A DNA stretch of 64,000 nucleotides from Anaerolineae bacterium (GTDB lineage: Bacteria > Chloroflexota > Anaerolineae > Anaerolineales > UBA4823): positions 1,328 through 65,327 of the forward strand of contig JBFYSV010000182.1 of assembly GCA_041301185.1 (NCBI GenBank), given 5' to 3'. The position numbers and the translations under genes are program-made. Below are positions 42,106 to 52,445 of the stretch, in pieces (the first letter of the stretch is position 1; each line of letters begins with the position of its first letter). The notes beneath the pieces were generated by a model. It had not been told where the DNA came from. It was given only the letters and a program-made list of their open reading frames with translations, and did no database searches.

Positions 42106-43842
42106 CTATCCAGTATGAGACTTTGATTCAATAAACAGGTCAGGCCATAGACGCAGCGCGCTCAACACCGCTGTGCCGGCCGTTTGCCCCAGACCACACA
42201 GCGAGGCGTCGCTCATCGTCCAGCCTACGTCTGCCAGGAGCTCGCCGTCGCTGGGCAGGGATTGCCCGGCAGCGATCCGCTCCAGGATCTCATACTGGCG
42301 CTGGGTGCCCATCTGGCAAGGGTAGCACTTTCCGCAGGATTCGTGGGCAAAGAAGTGTGCCAGGCGCTTTAGAACTTCGCGCAGGTCGCGCCGCTTGTCG
42401 AAGACCATGACCACGCCCGAACCCAGCAGCAAACCCGCCTGGCGCAGGTCTTCGAAGGTCAGGCGCACATCGAGCACGTCTGGGGTAGCGAAAGTACCAG
42501 CCGCCCCGCCGAACAAGATGGCTTTCATCTTGCGCCCGCCGGGCACGCCGCCCGCCAGACCCAGCAGCAGGTGGCGCAGGCTGACACCGAACGGCACTTC
42601 ATAAACGCCTGGGTGGACGACATCGCCGGATACGCAGAACAGCTTTGTGCCAGGGGATTTCTCTGTCCCATACTGGCGATATGCCTGTGCACCGTGCTCC
42701 AGAATGTAGGGGATATTGCACAGCGTCTCGACGTTGTTGACAACGGTGGGTTTCAGGAACAAGCCATGGGTGGTGGGGAAGGGCGGCTTGACCCGCGGGA
42801 AGCCGCGCTTGCCCTCGATCGATTCGAACAGAGCAGTTTCTTCTCCGCAGATATAAGCGCCTGCTCCACGGCGCAGCTCAACGTCGAAATTTAACCCGGA
42901 ATCCAGAATGTTCTCTCCCAAATAGCCGGTCAGGCGAGCTTCTTCGATCGCCCAGCTCATTACTTGATAAGCATGTGGATACTCGCCGCGCAGGTAGATA
43001 TAACCCCGGGCTGCCCCGACCGCGTAAGCGGCGATGACCAGCCCCTCCAGCACGCGGTGCGGATCATTCTCCAGCAGCAGGCGATCTTTGAACGTGCCTG
43101 GCTCAGATTCATCCGCATTGCACACCACGTATTTCGGCTGCCCTTCGGCCGCAGCCGCCCCTTCCCATTTGACCCCGGTAGGGAAGGCCGCCCCGCCCCG
43201 CCCCACCAAACCGGCTGTTTTCACCGTTGAGATCACCCCTTCGGGAGAGGTCTCCAGGGCTTTTCTCAAGCCGGCGTAGCCGCCAGCCTGCAGGTATTCA
43301 TCCAGCGAGGTAGGCCGGCCTTTATTGCAGCCAGCGGTTAACAGGTGAATGTCGCCCTGTATGATGCCATAGGGTTGCGTGCCTATGCCTCGAACAATTC
43401 TATCTGCCTGGGCAGGATCCAAACGCCCCAGTGGCACTTCGCCAACCAGAGCTGCCGGAGCGTGCTCGCATAAACCCAGGCAAGGAGCTCTCTCAACGGT
43501 AAAGGCGCCATCGGCGCTGATTGCTCCGGGGGCTGTGCCCAGGTGGCGGCAGATAGCTTGCATCACGGCATCTGAGCCGGCTAAGGCGCAGGCCGGGTCG
43601 CCACATACCTGGATAACCGTCCTACCAACCGGCTCTCGGTAGAACATACTATAAAAATCGATCACGCCGTACACATCCGCAAGCGGAACGCCTAGCATCT
43701 GTCCCACCCGGGAAGCCACAGGCTCGGGCAAATATCCATAATAAGATTGGGCAGCGTGCAAGGCAGGAAGCAGTGCAGTCCGACCTTGGGGTACAAATTC
43801 GGTCAGGATAGCATCCAGCGGAGCGAGGTCGATATCTGACAT
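42106..43842 (-). CDS. NuoE-NuoF fusion-type NAD(P)H-binding flavoprotein subunit (FdsGB/HydB-like)
   Basis: 578 aa. The N-terminal NuoE-like thioredoxin fold has [11 protein letters not shown]. It also has [13 protein letters not shown] (FMN), [16 protein letters not shown] (NAD) and [12 protein letters not shown] ([4Fe-4S]). Confidence 0.85.
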   Translation of the reverse strand: MSDIDLAPLDAILTEFVPQGRTALLPALHAAQSYYGYLPEPVASRVGQMLGVPLADVYGVIDFYSMFYREPVGRTVIQVCGDPACALAGSDAVMQAICRHLGTAPGAISADGAFTVERAPCLGLCEHAPAALVGEVPLGRLDPAQADRIVRGIGTQPYGIIQGDIHLLTAGCNKGRPTSLDEYLQAGGYAGLRKALETSPEGVISTVKTAGLVGRGGAAFPTGVKWEGAAAAEGQPKYVVCNADESEPGTFKDRLLLENDPHRVLEGLVIAAYAVGAARGYIYLRGEYPHAYQVMSWAIEEARLTGYLGENILDSGLNFDVELRRGAGAYICGEETALFESIEGKRGFPRVKPPFPTTHGLFLKPTVVNNVETLCNIPYILEHGAQAYRQYGTEKSPGTKLFCVSGDVVHPGVYEVPFGVSLRHLLLGLAGGVPGGRKMKAILFGGAAGTFATPDVLDVRLTFEDLRQAGLLLGSGVVMVFDKRRDLREVLKRLAHFFAHESCGKCYPCQMGTQRQYEILERIAAGQSLPSDGELLADVGWTMSDASLCGLGQTAGTAVLSALRLWPDLFIESKSHTG

Positions 43843-43872
43843 AATGTCTCCAAATTACAGGATTCTAGTATA

Positions 43873-44643
43873 TCACTTTTCAGCTTCACTCTTTACACGC
43901 CGCAAGAAACTGGGGGTATTGAGCGCCCGCTCCAGCAGGTAGGTAAGATAATGCTGGATCAATATGTCCATCTCGCGGTTGGTCTGGGGGTCGATCTTGG
44001 CGCGGGCTGCCTCGGTGAACGTGCTGCGTTGCATGTGGCGGAAGTATTTCAAGGCGAGCAAAGAGATAGGGTGCGCTCCTTGCGTGCCGCTGCCGCAGTG
44101 GGGACACAGCACGCCGCCTTCTTTTGCAGAGAAGAACTGGTTTTCCGGCTGGATCTGCTTACCGCAACGGGCGCAGTTGAATAGCTGCGGGCGAAAACCC
44201 AGCAAATCTAACAGGCGAATTTCATAATAGTGCACCACCAGCGTTGGCTCAGGGTGGCCAGCCAGGTTTTCCAGGGTATCGGTCAGCAGTCTGTAAAGGG
44301 CGCGGTTTTCGCCCTCTTCATAGGTGAAGCGATCCAGCAATTCGACGACATAGGAAGCATAGCCAACCAGCAGCAGACTCTCGCGCAAAGGGGAATAGGC
44401 ATTGATGGTCTCAGCCTGGGTGACAATCTGCATGTCGCGACCGCGCGCCAGGAGCAGGCTGACGCGGGTAAAGGGCTCCAGGTGACCGGCTTTGCGCGAG
44501 CGCAACTTGCGCACCCCTTTGGCGATGGCGCGTACTTTACCATGCTCGCGAGTGAATAAGACCAAGATGCGGTCCGCTTCCCCCCAATCGGAGTGACGTA
44601 AGACCACTGCTTCTACCCGGAAAGAACGCTGCCGAGAAGGCAT
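43873..44643 (-). CDS. recO: DNA repair protein RecO
   Basis: 256 aa. It contains FRVEAVVLRHSDWGEADRILVLFTREHGKVRAIAKGVRK and a zinc-finger CARCGK...CPHCG. Confidence 0.85.
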   Translation of the reverse strand: MPSRQRSFRVEAVVLRHSDWGEADRILVLFTREHGKVRAIAKGVRKLRSRKAGHLEPFTRVSLLLARGRDMQIVTQAETINAYSPLRESLLLVGYASYVVELLDRFTYEEGENRALYRLLTDTLENLAGHPEPTLVVHYYEIRLLDLLGFRPQLFNCARCGKQIQPENQFFSAKEGGVLCPHCGSGTQGAHPISLLALKYFRHMQRSTFTEAARAKIDPQTNREMDILIQHYLTYLLERALNTPSFLRRVKSEAEK

Positions 44644-44666
44644 GCGTGGATTATACAGTATTCCGG

Positions 44667-44695
44667 TTGACTCGCATCCCCCCTTCTGGTAAAAT
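44667..44695 (+). promoter_or_regulatory. Sigma70-type promoter for rplI
   Basis: TTGACT (44667-44672), a 17-nt spacer, TAAAAT (44690-44695). Confidence 0.55.
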
Positions 44696-44771
44696 CCCCC
44701 TGCCCGAGGCGTTGTACCCTTCGCCCGGGTCTGCTAATTGCAGAATATCCTGATTGGAAGGGCTAGATGCA

Positions 44772-45305
44772 ATGAAAGTACTTTTACTCAAGGACGTTTA
44801 TAAGCTTGGGCGTGCCGGGGATGTCAAGAAAGTGGCCGATGGTTACGGTCGCAACTATCTGATCCCGCACGGGCTGGCTGTTCTGGCTACCCCAGGCGCT
44901 CTGCGGCAGGTAGAGCATATCCGCTCTCAGGCAGCGATTAACCGGACAGCGCTTAACCAAGAGCTGAGCGGGGTTGCCGATCAGCTCTCCAAAACCGTGC
45001 TTACCTTTGCTGCCAAGGCAGGCGAGATGGGCAAGCTCTACGGTTCGATCACTGCCCAGATGATTGTCGAGGCTATCCAGGCCAAGGTTGGCCTGCAATT
45101 AGACCGCCGCCAGCTGGATGCCCAACCCATTCGTACCCTCGGAGAGCACAAGGTCCACGTCCGCCTGACCATGGATCTCGTGCCCGAAGTCATGGTGATT
45201 GTCCACCGTGAGGGAGAGGCACCAGCCCTGGTTCAGTCTGAAGAGAGCCAGCCTGAAGATGCAGCTAAGCCAATGGCAGAGGCTGAAGCCGCCAGCGAAG
45301 AATAG
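44772..45305 (+). CDS. rplI: 50S ribosomal protein L9 with an acidic C-terminal tail
   Basis: MKVLLLKDVYKLGRAGDVKKVADGYGRNYLIPHGLAV is the canonical L9 N-terminus. ATG 44772 is preferred to the ORF-track start 44754. Confidence 0.9.
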   Translation: MKVLLLKDVYKLGRAGDVKKVADGYGRNYLIPHGLAVLATPGALRQVEHIRSQAAINRTALNQELSGVADQLSKTVLTFAAKAGEMGKLYGSITAQMIVEAIQAKVGLQLDRRQLDAQPIRTLGEHKVHVRLTMDLVPEVMVIVHREGEAPALVQSEESQPEDAAKPMAEAEAASEE

Positions 45306-45357
45306 ATCCGAGTCTAGATCGGGGCGGGAATGCCCTGCTCCAAGTACAAAACCGCCA

Positions 45358-45398
45358 GGGGCGGGGTATCCCATTATCGAAAAGGGACCCCGCCCTTT
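45358..45398 (+). terminator. Rho-independent terminator after rplI
   Basis: GGGGCGGGG (45358-45366) pairs with CCCCGCCC (45388-45395), followed by TTTGTGT. Confidence 0.55.
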
Positions 45399-45430
45399 GT
45401 GTCGGGTATTGCGTGTGCTTTAGTGAAAGA

Positions 45431-46666
45431 ATGGATGAAAGTGTAGGATCTCAACTCCGCCTGGCGCGTGAAGCGCAAAGGGTTACATTAGAGCAGGCTT
45501 CCCGGGCAACCCATATTCGCCTACACTATCTGCAGGCGCTGGAGGCTGGCGAGTTCGATGCCCTGCCTTCTATGGTTCAGGCGCGGGGTTTTATCCGCGC
45601 CTATGCCACATTCCTGGGGCTAAACCCGGAGAGCATGCAGGCAGCCTTGAATGCTTCGCTGGGTATGGGTGAACAGCCCGCGCCTGCACCTGCTCCGCTA
45701 CCACTGGCGGTGGATGACAGAGCATCCCAGGATGATTCTATCGAGGCGATTTTCCTGGATATCGGTCAACGCTTGAAGCGGCATCGAGAGCTGCTTGGGC
45801 TGTCTATCGAGGATGTGGAACGCCACACCCATCTGCGCCAGCGTTACCTGATTGCGCTGGAAGCGGGCGACCTGGAAAGCCTGCCTTCCCCGGTGCAAGG
45901 CAGGGGGATGCTGAATAATTATGCCAGCTTTTTAGGGCTTGATCCCGAACCACTGTTGCTGCGCTTCGCCGAGGGCTTGCAGGCTCAGCTGGCGGTGCGC
46001 CAGGCGACCCGACCGGTGCCCACCCGTCCCGTGCAAACAGTAGCCCAGCCTCCCGGTTCAGTGCGGCGATTGGTCTCTGGAGAAACAATCCTGGCTGTGT
46101 TGGTGGTGCTTTTCCTGGCCGGTTTTGTGATTTGGGGTGCGGTGCGCATCTTCGCCATACAGGCTGACCAGGAGCCCGTCCCTACTGCGCCGTCCATCGC
46201 AGAGGTGCTACTCTCGGCACCCACGCCAACCGCCACCTCCACTTCTCTGGCGCCCACGCCGACAGTTCCCCCGCTGCCCCAGGCCACCAGCGGGGTGGAG
46301 ACCCCCGAGGCAATTGCTGTCCTGCCGGGAGAGCAGGTGGGTTTACAGGTCTATGTGACCGTGCGCCAGCGGGCATGGGTGCGAGTGACCGTCGATGGCG
46401 AGGTCGTCTTCGAGGGACGCGTGCTGCCAGGTAGCGCTTACCAGTATGAAGGTGAAGAAACGGTGGAGATACTGACCAGCAACGGGGCTGCCCTGCAAAT
46501 CTTTTTCAACCAGCAGGACCTTGGTCTAATGGGCTTGTTCGGGCAGGTGGTTCAGCAGGTGTTCACGGCATCTGGGGTGCAGACGCCTACCCCCACCGTG
46601 ACGCTCACCCCTACTGTCACTCCCCGCATAACCCAAACCCCGCAGGCGACGGCGGCTTCTCCTTAA
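45431..46666 (+). CDS. RodZ-like protein: two XRE-type HTH domains, TM helix, Pro/Thr-rich linker, C-terminal DUF4115-like domain
   Basis: It contains LRLAREAQRVTLEQASRATHIRLHYLQALEAG and a second copy LKRHRELLGLSIEDVERHTHLRQRYLIALEAG. It also has a TM helix ILAVLVVLFLAGFVIW and the C-terminal stretch VTVRQRAWVRVTVDGEVVFEGRV. ATG 45431 is preferred to GTG 45413. Confidence 0.7.
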   Translation: MDESVGSQLRLAREAQRVTLEQASRATHIRLHYLQALEAGEFDALPSMVQARGFIRAYATFLGLNPESMQAALNASLGMGEQPAPAPAPLPLAVDDRASQDDSIEAIFLDIGQRLKRHRELLGLSIEDVERHTHLRQRYLIALEAGDLESLPSPVQGRGMLNNYASFLGLDPEPLLLRFAEGLQAQLAVRQATRPVPTRPVQTVAQPPGSVRRLVSGETILAVLVVLFLAGFVIWGAVRIFAIQADQEPVPTAPSIAEVLLSAPTPTATSTSLAPTPTVPPLPQATSGVETPEAIAVLPGEQVGLQVYVTVRQRAWVRVTVDGEVVFEGRVLPGSAYQYEGEETVEILTSNGAALQIFFNQQDLGLMGLFGQVVQQVFTASGVQTPTPTVTLTPTVTPRITQTPQATAASP

Positions 46667-46694
46667 CAGATGCATACCACTTAACGGTGCCAGG

Positions 46695-48059
46695 ATGAAA
46701 GCGAAAACGGTTCATTTAGTTTCGTTGGGATGTGCAAAAAATACAGTCGATTCGGACTCGATGCTGGAGTTGTTGCGGAGAGCAGGTTATCGCCCGGTAG
46801 ACACGCCAGAGCGAGCCAGCATCTTGATCGTAAACACGTGCGGCTTTATCGGCCCGGCAAAGGATGAGTCGCTCCAGGTTCTGGGAGAGCTGGCTTCCCA
46901 AAAGCGGAAAGGCCAGACCTTGATCGCGGCTGGCTGCCTGACTCAGCGTTACGGGGCGGAGGTCGCCCGCCAGGTGCCGGGGATCGATGGCATCCTGGGC
47001 ACCCGGCGTTGGATGGATATTGTGGATGTGGTCCAACAATTGCGGGATGGCGAGCACCCCCAGCCGCTTTACCACCTGCCTGAAACGCCAACGGTCGGCA
47101 TGGATGAGAGAGGCACCTTGCGCGCCAGCCTGCAGGGCGCCAGCGCTTTCTTGAAAATTGCAGATGGCTGCCGCCGCCCATGTGCCTTCTGCGCCATCCC
47201 GCTGATCAAGGGTACTGCAGTCAGCCGCCCGCTGCAAGCAATCCTGGATGAGGCGCGCAGCCTGGGCGATCTGGGAGTGAGAGAGCTCAACTTGATTGCC
47301 CAGGATACCACCGATTACGGTCACGACCTGGGGATGAAAAATGGGCTGGCGCAGCTGCTGGAGGGGCTGGTTACAGCCGTGCCGGATATGGACTGGATCC
47401 GCATCCTGTACGCTTATCCCGGCTACGTCACCGAGCGCTTGATCGAGGTCATGGCAACCCACCCGCAAATCTTGCCTTACCTGGATATGCCCCTGCAACA
47501 TGCCCACCCGCAGGTGCTGCGCCGCATGTGCCGCCCTGCCAATGTGGATTGGGTGTACCGCACGCTGGAGAAGATGCGCCAGGCTATGCCAGATCTGGCG
47601 CTGCGTACGACCTTTATTGTCGGCTACCCGGGGGAAAGCGAGGCTGAGTTCCAGACCTTGTTGGATTTCATCCAGGAGATCCGTTTTGACCGCCTGGGCG
47701 CATTCCCGTTTTCGTTTGAGCCGGGCACTGCCAGCGAGCCGCTCGGCGACCCCGTGCCGGCAGAAGTCAAGCAAGAGCGCTGGGAGCGGCTGATGGAGTT
47801 GCAGCAAGGCATTTCATTGGAGAAAAACCAGCGCCTGGTGGGTAAGACGCTCCAGGTATTGATTGAGGGTCATGGTGAGGTGGAAAGCGAAGATGGAATC
47901 CCGCTTCCAGATCAGGTCATCACCCTGGGGCGTTCCTACCGGGATGCGCCCGAGATCGATGGGATGGTGATCATCGAAGGACACATCCCGGTGGGTGAGA
48001 TAGTGCCAGTGCGCATCAACGGGGCGATGGCTTACGATTTAACGGGTGTGAGAGTGTGA
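46695..48059 (+). CDS. rimO: Ribosomal protein S12 methylthiotransferase RimO (radical SAM, MiaB family, TRAM domain)
   Basis: 454 aa. It contains VHLVSLGCAKNTVDSDSM and VNTCGFI, the radical-SAM motif ADGCRRPCAFC, and a C-terminal TRAM domain (GKTLQVLIEG...VRINGAMAYDL). Confidence 0.85.
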   Translation: MKAKTVHLVSLGCAKNTVDSDSMLELLRRAGYRPVDTPERASILIVNTCGFIGPAKDESLQVLGELASQKRKGQTLIAAGCLTQRYGAEVARQVPGIDGILGTRRWMDIVDVVQQLRDGEHPQPLYHLPETPTVGMDERGTLRASLQGASAFLKIADGCRRPCAFCAIPLIKGTAVSRPLQAILDEARSLGDLGVRELNLIAQDTTDYGHDLGMKNGLAQLLEGLVTAVPDMDWIRILYAYPGYVTERLIEVMATHPQILPYLDMPLQHAHPQVLRRMCRPANVDWVYRTLEKMRQAMPDLALRTTFIVGYPGESEAEFQTLLDFIQEIRFDRLGAFPFSFEPGTASEPLGDPVPAEVKQERWERLMELQQGISLEKNQRLVGKTLQVLIEGHGEVESEDGIPLPDQVITLGRSYRDAPEIDGMVIIEGHIPVGEIVPVRINGAMAYDLTGVRV

Positions 48060-48063
48060 TCTG

Positions 48064-48864
48064 GTGCCCAAGATGACTGATCGGGACTATCTGCTCAACC
48101 AGCAGTATGCAGGCTGCGCTAATTTACAGAGGCGCATTGACCTGCACGCCCGCTTTAGCACGAATCGTTACGGCTGGTTCCGTTGGGTATTTGATCACAT
48201 TGAATGTCCGGGGCGCAGGCAGTTGCTTGAGTTGGGTTGCGGGCAGGGCGACTTGTGGGCCGAGAACTTTATGCGCATTCCAAAGGGATGGATGTTGACA
48301 CTGTCAGATTTCTCACCCAACATGCTGAAGACCGCCTGCCAGGTACTGTGTGGGCACATATCCTCTGCATGTTTCTGCCTCATTGACGCGCAATCCATCC
48401 CTTTTCAAAAGGGGTGCTTTGATATTGTGATCGCGAATCATATGCTTTACCATGTACCGCAGCGCGATCAGTCGCTCTTTGATATCCAGCGTGTCTTGCA
48501 GCCAAGGGGCCGTTTTTACACCACCACGATTGGTGAGAAGCACATGGAGGAGTTGGCCTTTCTGGTGAAGGATTTTGACCCCCAGTTCAGGGACTCCCTC
48601 GATACCGGTGAGATCGGCTTTACCTTGGAAAGTGGTGCAGCGCAACTCAAGGCTTTCTTTTCGCACGTAGAGCGCTACCGCTACGAAGACAAACTGGTGG
48701 TTACCCAGGCAGAGCCGCTGATAGATTATGTCCTCTCGAGTGTACGATTGGGGGGCTACTCACCGCAGCGGCCTGCCTTTGCAGCTTTCGTAAAACAGCG
48801 CATGCAAAGCAGTGGTGAAATCCACATTACTAAGGACTCGGGGCTGTTTGTTTGTTGGAACTAG
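48064..48864 (+). CDS. Class I SAM-dependent methyltransferase
   Basis: It contains LELGCGQGDLW (motif I) and FDIVIANHMLYHV. The start is uncertain (GTG 48064 or ATG 48073). Confidence 0.7.
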   Translation: MPKMTDRDYLLNQQYAGCANLQRRIDLHARFSTNRYGWFRWVFDHIECPGRRQLLELGCGQGDLWAENFMRIPKGWMLTLSDFSPNMLKTACQVLCGHISSACFCLIDAQSIPFQKGCFDIVIANHMLYHVPQRDQSLFDIQRVLQPRGRFYTTTIGEKHMEELAFLVKDFDPQFRDSLDTGEIGFTLESGAAQLKAFFSHVERYRYEDKLVVTQAEPLIDYVLSSVRLGGYSPQRPAFAAFVKQRMQSSGEIHITKDSGLFVCWN

Positions 48865-49811
48865 AGTTTTTTCTGCCTGCGAGCAGAGGTACAGCATTGA
48901 ACGCCGACTTGATCCTCCACACCAGTGCCATCCGGGCGGCTTGCCCGGAGCTCGGCTTCCAGAGCTTCTTGCCCATTGATGAGGGTTGGAGCAGCTTTGT
49001 GGTAGAAGCCAGGACGGCACAGTCCGGTCAATCGTGGATATTTCGTTTCCCGCGCCGCCCAGAGATCGTCAAGAGCCTGGAGATAGAGATTGCGCTGCTT
49101 CCCTACCTGGCTCGCGCCTTGCCGGTATGCGTGCCGCAGTTTGAAATTATCGTTCCTGGGCCGGATGGGCGACCAGCGTTCGTCGGCTATCCTAAAATTC
49201 TCGGATCAGCGCTGGACTCTGTCCTGGCAGACTATCCGGAAGCTCAGCCCAATCTGGCACAGCAAATCGGCGAGATCCTATCTGCCCTGCACCAGACGAC
49301 CCTGCCCTGGGTGGTGCATCGCCTGTTGCCCCGGCGCACGGTTTTGGATTGGAAACGCAGCTACCTTGACCTATACCAGAAAGTGCGCCAGCAAGTCTAC
49401 CCCATGCTTGACGCGTCAAGGCAGGGGGCAGCGACAGCTCTTTGGGAGGGCTTCCTCCGCCAGCGGGACCACTTCCGCTTTGAGGTAGCCCTGATTCACG
49501 GCGATCTGGGAGCGGAGCATATTTTGTGCGATCCGGTCTGCAACCGGGTCACCGGAATTTTGGATTGGGAAGATGCCTGCACGGGCGATCCCGCACTGGA
49601 TTTTGTCGGGCTGCTGCAATCGGGCGGGGAGGGTTTTGTCTGCCAGGTGCTGACAGCTTACCGGGGCAAGTCGGGTGCGAACTTCTGGGCGCGCGTGAAT
49701 TTTTACACTAAAATTGTCCCGTTCTATGAAATCCTGTTCGGCCTGGAGACCAGCGACCTGCTGCGGACCCAGGCGGGATTACTACGCTTACAAGGTATTC
49801 TGGATGATTGA
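48852..49811 (+). CDS. Aminoglycoside/choline-kinase-type phosphotransferase (APH family)
   Basis: It contains the Brenner-type catalytic motif LIHGDLGAEHIL and ILDWEDACTGDPALDF. The start is uncertain (the ORF-track TTG overlaps the preceding gene). Confidence 0.65.
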   Translation: MLELEFFLPASRGTALNADLILHTSAIRAACPELGFQSFLPIDEGWSSFVVEARTAQSGQSWIFRFPRRPEIVKSLEIEIALLPYLARALPVCVPQFEIIVPGPDGRPAFVGYPKILGSALDSVLADYPEAQPNLAQQIGEILSALHQTTLPWVVHRLLPRRTVLDWKRSYLDLYQKVRQQVYPMLDASRQGAATALWEGFLRQRDHFRFEVALIHGDLGAEHILCDPVCNRVTGILDWEDACTGDPALDFVGLLQSGGEGFVCQVLTAYRGKSGANFWARVNFYTKIVPFYEILFGLETSDLLRTQAGLLRLQGILDD

Positions 49812-50835
49812 TATTGACCGATCTGAGATAAATTTTGCTCTGAATACCGTCCGGCAGGCATCCCTGCTGGTGAAAATGATCCAAGGTGAGATGGTCTCGC
49901 CAGCCCTGACCAAGGATGACCGCTCTCCGGTGACGGTAGCCGATTTTGCTTCGCAGGCGCTGGTGGCTTACCTGCTGGAGAGGCAATTTCCCGGTGATGC
50001 GTTGGTGGCGGAAGAAGACGCTTCCAGGCTGCGCCTCGGGCTGGTGGGCAATGCGGCACAGCCCGCCTCCGCCGTGGAGCAGGTGGTACGCTTCAGCGAG
50101 CGTTTTATTCCGGGAGCCGATCCCGCCTCAGTATGTGATTGGATCGACCGCGGCGCTGCCCAGCCTTCCAGGCGCTTCTGGGTGCTAGACCCGATTGATG
50201 GCACCAAGGGTTTTCTACGTGGCGACCAGTATGCAGTGGCGCTGGCGTTGGTGGTTGACTGGCAGGTGGAGATTGGGGTGTTGGGTTGCCCTAACCTGGC
50301 AATGGGTGAGACAGATTCCGGACGACGGCTGAGGCCCGATCTGCAAGGATCTGGCTTGCTAGCGGTAGCAGTGCGCGGGCAGGGAACCTGGATCGCCTCA
50401 CTCGCCTATCCGGGGCAATTCGAAAGTGTGCAGGTGTCGCAGCGAGTTGACCCGGTGCAGGCGCGCCTTTTACGATCCTTCGAGTCCGGGCATACCAATG
50501 TAGACCAAATCGACGACTTCGCCCTTACCCTGGGAGTTCAAGCTGCCCCCGTGCGCATGGATAGCCAGGCTAAGTACGCTGTGCTGGCTGCCGGGGATGG
50601 TGATTTGTTGCTGCGCCTGTTGTCCCCCACCAAGCCGGATTATCGCGAGAAAATCTGGGACCAGGCGGCTGGCTCGTTGGTGGTGCAGGAGGCAGGCGGG
50701 ACGATCACCGATCTGGACGGAAAGCCGCTGGACTTTAGTGCCGGTCGCAGCCTGCACAATAACCGGGGTATCCTGGCTTCCAATTCATTATTGCACCCGG
50801 CTGCCCTGCAGGCGTTGCGAGCGGTACGGGCATAG
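49804..50835 (+). CDS. 3'(2'),5'-bisphosphate nucleotidase (HAL2/SAL1/CysQ-type inositol monophosphatase family)
   Basis: It contains DRSPVTVADFASQ, VAEED, WVLDPIDGTKGFLRG and WDQAAGSLVVQEAGG. ATG 49804 (MIDIDRSE...) is preferred to the ORF-track start 49714, which overlaps the APH gene. Confidence 0.8.
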   Translation: MIDIDRSEINFALNTVRQASLLVKMIQGEMVSPALTKDDRSPVTVADFASQALVAYLLERQFPGDALVAEEDASRLRLGLVGNAAQPASAVEQVVRFSERFIPGADPASVCDWIDRGAAQPSRRFWVLDPIDGTKGFLRGDQYAVALALVVDWQVEIGVLGCPNLAMGETDSGRRLRPDLQGSGLLAVAVRGQGTWIASLAYPGQFESVQVSQRVDPVQARLLRSFESGHTNVDQIDDFALTLGVQAAPVRMDSQAKYAVLAAGDGDLLLRLLSPTKPDYREKIWDQAAGSLVVQEAGGTITDLDGKPLDFSAGRSLHNNRGILASNSLLHPAALQALRAVRA

Positions 50836-50871
50836 CGCCAATGGGTAGGCGCTTGTAGATAACACTTAGCC

Positions 50872-52410
50872 ATGACACGCCCAGACCGAGTTGCATTGTT
50901 GTTAAGCCTGGTGGCAGTGATTGCCAGCTACTTGATCGCGGTGCAGGTGTATGAGAGCATGGCGCATATCGAGGATGAGCTTGCTTACGTCTGGCAGGCG
51001 GAGGCAATCGCCAAAGGTCACCTGACACTGCCCTCACCCCCCAGCCCAAAAAGCTTTCTGGTGCCTTTCGTGGTGGATTATAACGGGCTGCGCTTTGGCA
51101 AGTACCCGCTGGGCTGGCCTGTCCTGCTGTCCTTTGGGGTCCTGTTGGGGGTCAAACCGCTGGTCAACGCCTTGCTTTCGGGAGCGGCAATATGGCTGAT
51201 ATACCGCCTGGGGAAGCGCATCTTTGGCGAGACGGTGGGATTACTCGCTGCCGGTTTGACCCTGACCTCGCCCTTCTTCTTGATCAATTCCGGATCTTTA
51301 TTGTCACACCCATTCGGGCTCTTTCTCAGCGCTGCTTTTGCCCTCTCCTGGCTGGATGCCTGGGATAGCGAGCGCCACAAATCGCTGCCCGTGTACTGGC
51401 CGTGGCTGGCGACGGTTACGGCTGGAGTCACCCTGGGTTTGCTGATCCTTTCGCGGCCGCTCACGGCAGTGGGCGTGGCGCTGCCGTTTGGTTTGCATAG
51501 TGTCTACCTGCTAATCCGTTCCAGCTGGCGGGACCGCTGGCGGCTGGTTGCATTCGGGCTGATCGTTTTGGCTTTTGTGGGGCTGCATTTCTTGTGGCAA
51601 ATGGCAGTGACCGGCGACCCCACAAATAACCCGTACACCCTGTGGTGGGAGTATGACCGGGTGGGCTTCGGTCCGGGTTACGGGCGCACCGAGAGCGGGC
51701 ACACGCTGAAACAGGCGTGGATCAATACAAAGTTCAGCCTGCTGGTGGGCTGGCACGACCTGTTCGGGTGGGGGAAATACTCCTGGATCTTATTGCCGTT
51801 TGGCTTGCTGGCTGTGCTACGCTACCGCCTGTGGAAGGGATTGCTGGTGGGCAGCGTCTACCCGAGCCTGGTGGTGGTCTACCTGGCTTACTGGATTGGC
51901 TCCCATTTGTTTGGACCACGCTACCTATATGAAGGCTTGTATAGCTTGACCTTGCTAAGCGCGGCCGGGGTTGCGTTCTTAGCCGGCTGGCCTGTGCGCC
52001 CGGAGGATGCCTGGCGGCGCTATGAAGGCTGGCGCCGAGCCCGACCGCTGCTTGTCACGGCAGCCCTGGCGCTGCTGGTCAGCGTCAACCTGCTGTTCTA
52101 TACGCCGTTGAGATTAGGCGGGATGCACGGCCTGTACGGAATCTCTCGCGCTCGCCTTGAACCTTTTCTGACCGCAGATGCGCAAGAGTTAACGCCCACC
52201 CTGGTGATTGTCCACCCGGACCACTGGTCAGAATATGGTGCCTTACTGGAGCTGCAGGATCCATTTCTGGATACACCCTTCATTTTTGTCTACGCCCGAG
52301 GGCCTGGCGCGGACAGGATACTGGCAGACCAATTCCCCGAGCGCAAGATTATCCATTACTACCCTGACGAGCCCGATCAGTTCTATCTCACCCCGCGACC
52401 TGGCGAATAA
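50872..52410 (+). CDS. GT39/GT83-like (ArnT/PMT_2 family) membrane glycosyltransferase
   Basis: 512 aa, about 11 TM helices. The N-terminal loop has the acidic motif HIEDELAYVWQAEAI (DE motif of the GT-C fold), followed by a large hydrophobic core. Confidence 0.6.
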   Translation: MTRPDRVALLLSLVAVIASYLIAVQVYESMAHIEDELAYVWQAEAIAKGHLTLPSPPSPKSFLVPFVVDYNGLRFGKYPLGWPVLLSFGVLLGVKPLVNALLSGAAIWLIYRLGKRIFGETVGLLAAGLTLTSPFFLINSGSLLSHPFGLFLSAAFALSWLDAWDSERHKSLPVYWPWLATVTAGVTLGLLILSRPLTAVGVALPFGLHSVYLLIRSSWRDRWRLVAFGLIVLAFVGLHFLWQMAVTGDPTNNPYTLWWEYDRVGFGPGYGRTESGHTLKQAWINTKFSLLVGWHDLFGWGKYSWILLPFGLLAVLRYRLWKGLLVGSVYPSLVVVYLAYWIGSHLFGPRYLYEGLYSLTLLSAAGVAFLAGWPVRPEDAWRRYEGWRRARPLLVTAALALLVSVNLLFYTPLRLGGMHGLYGISRARLEPFLTADAQELTPTLVIVHPDHWSEYGALLELQDPFLDTPFIFVYARGPGADRILADQFPERKIIHYYPDEPDQFYLTPRPGE

Positions 52411-52445
52411 GTTACTATCCGAAAACTCTCGGCGACTTAGGAGAG

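Noticed and set aside
46716-47807. 363-aa ORF antisense to rimO
   Set aside because: It lies entirely opposite a gene with unmistakable radical-SAM/RimO motifs. It has the R/A/G/Q-rich composition typical of spurious antisense frames in high-GC DNA, and no recognisable motifs or RBS.
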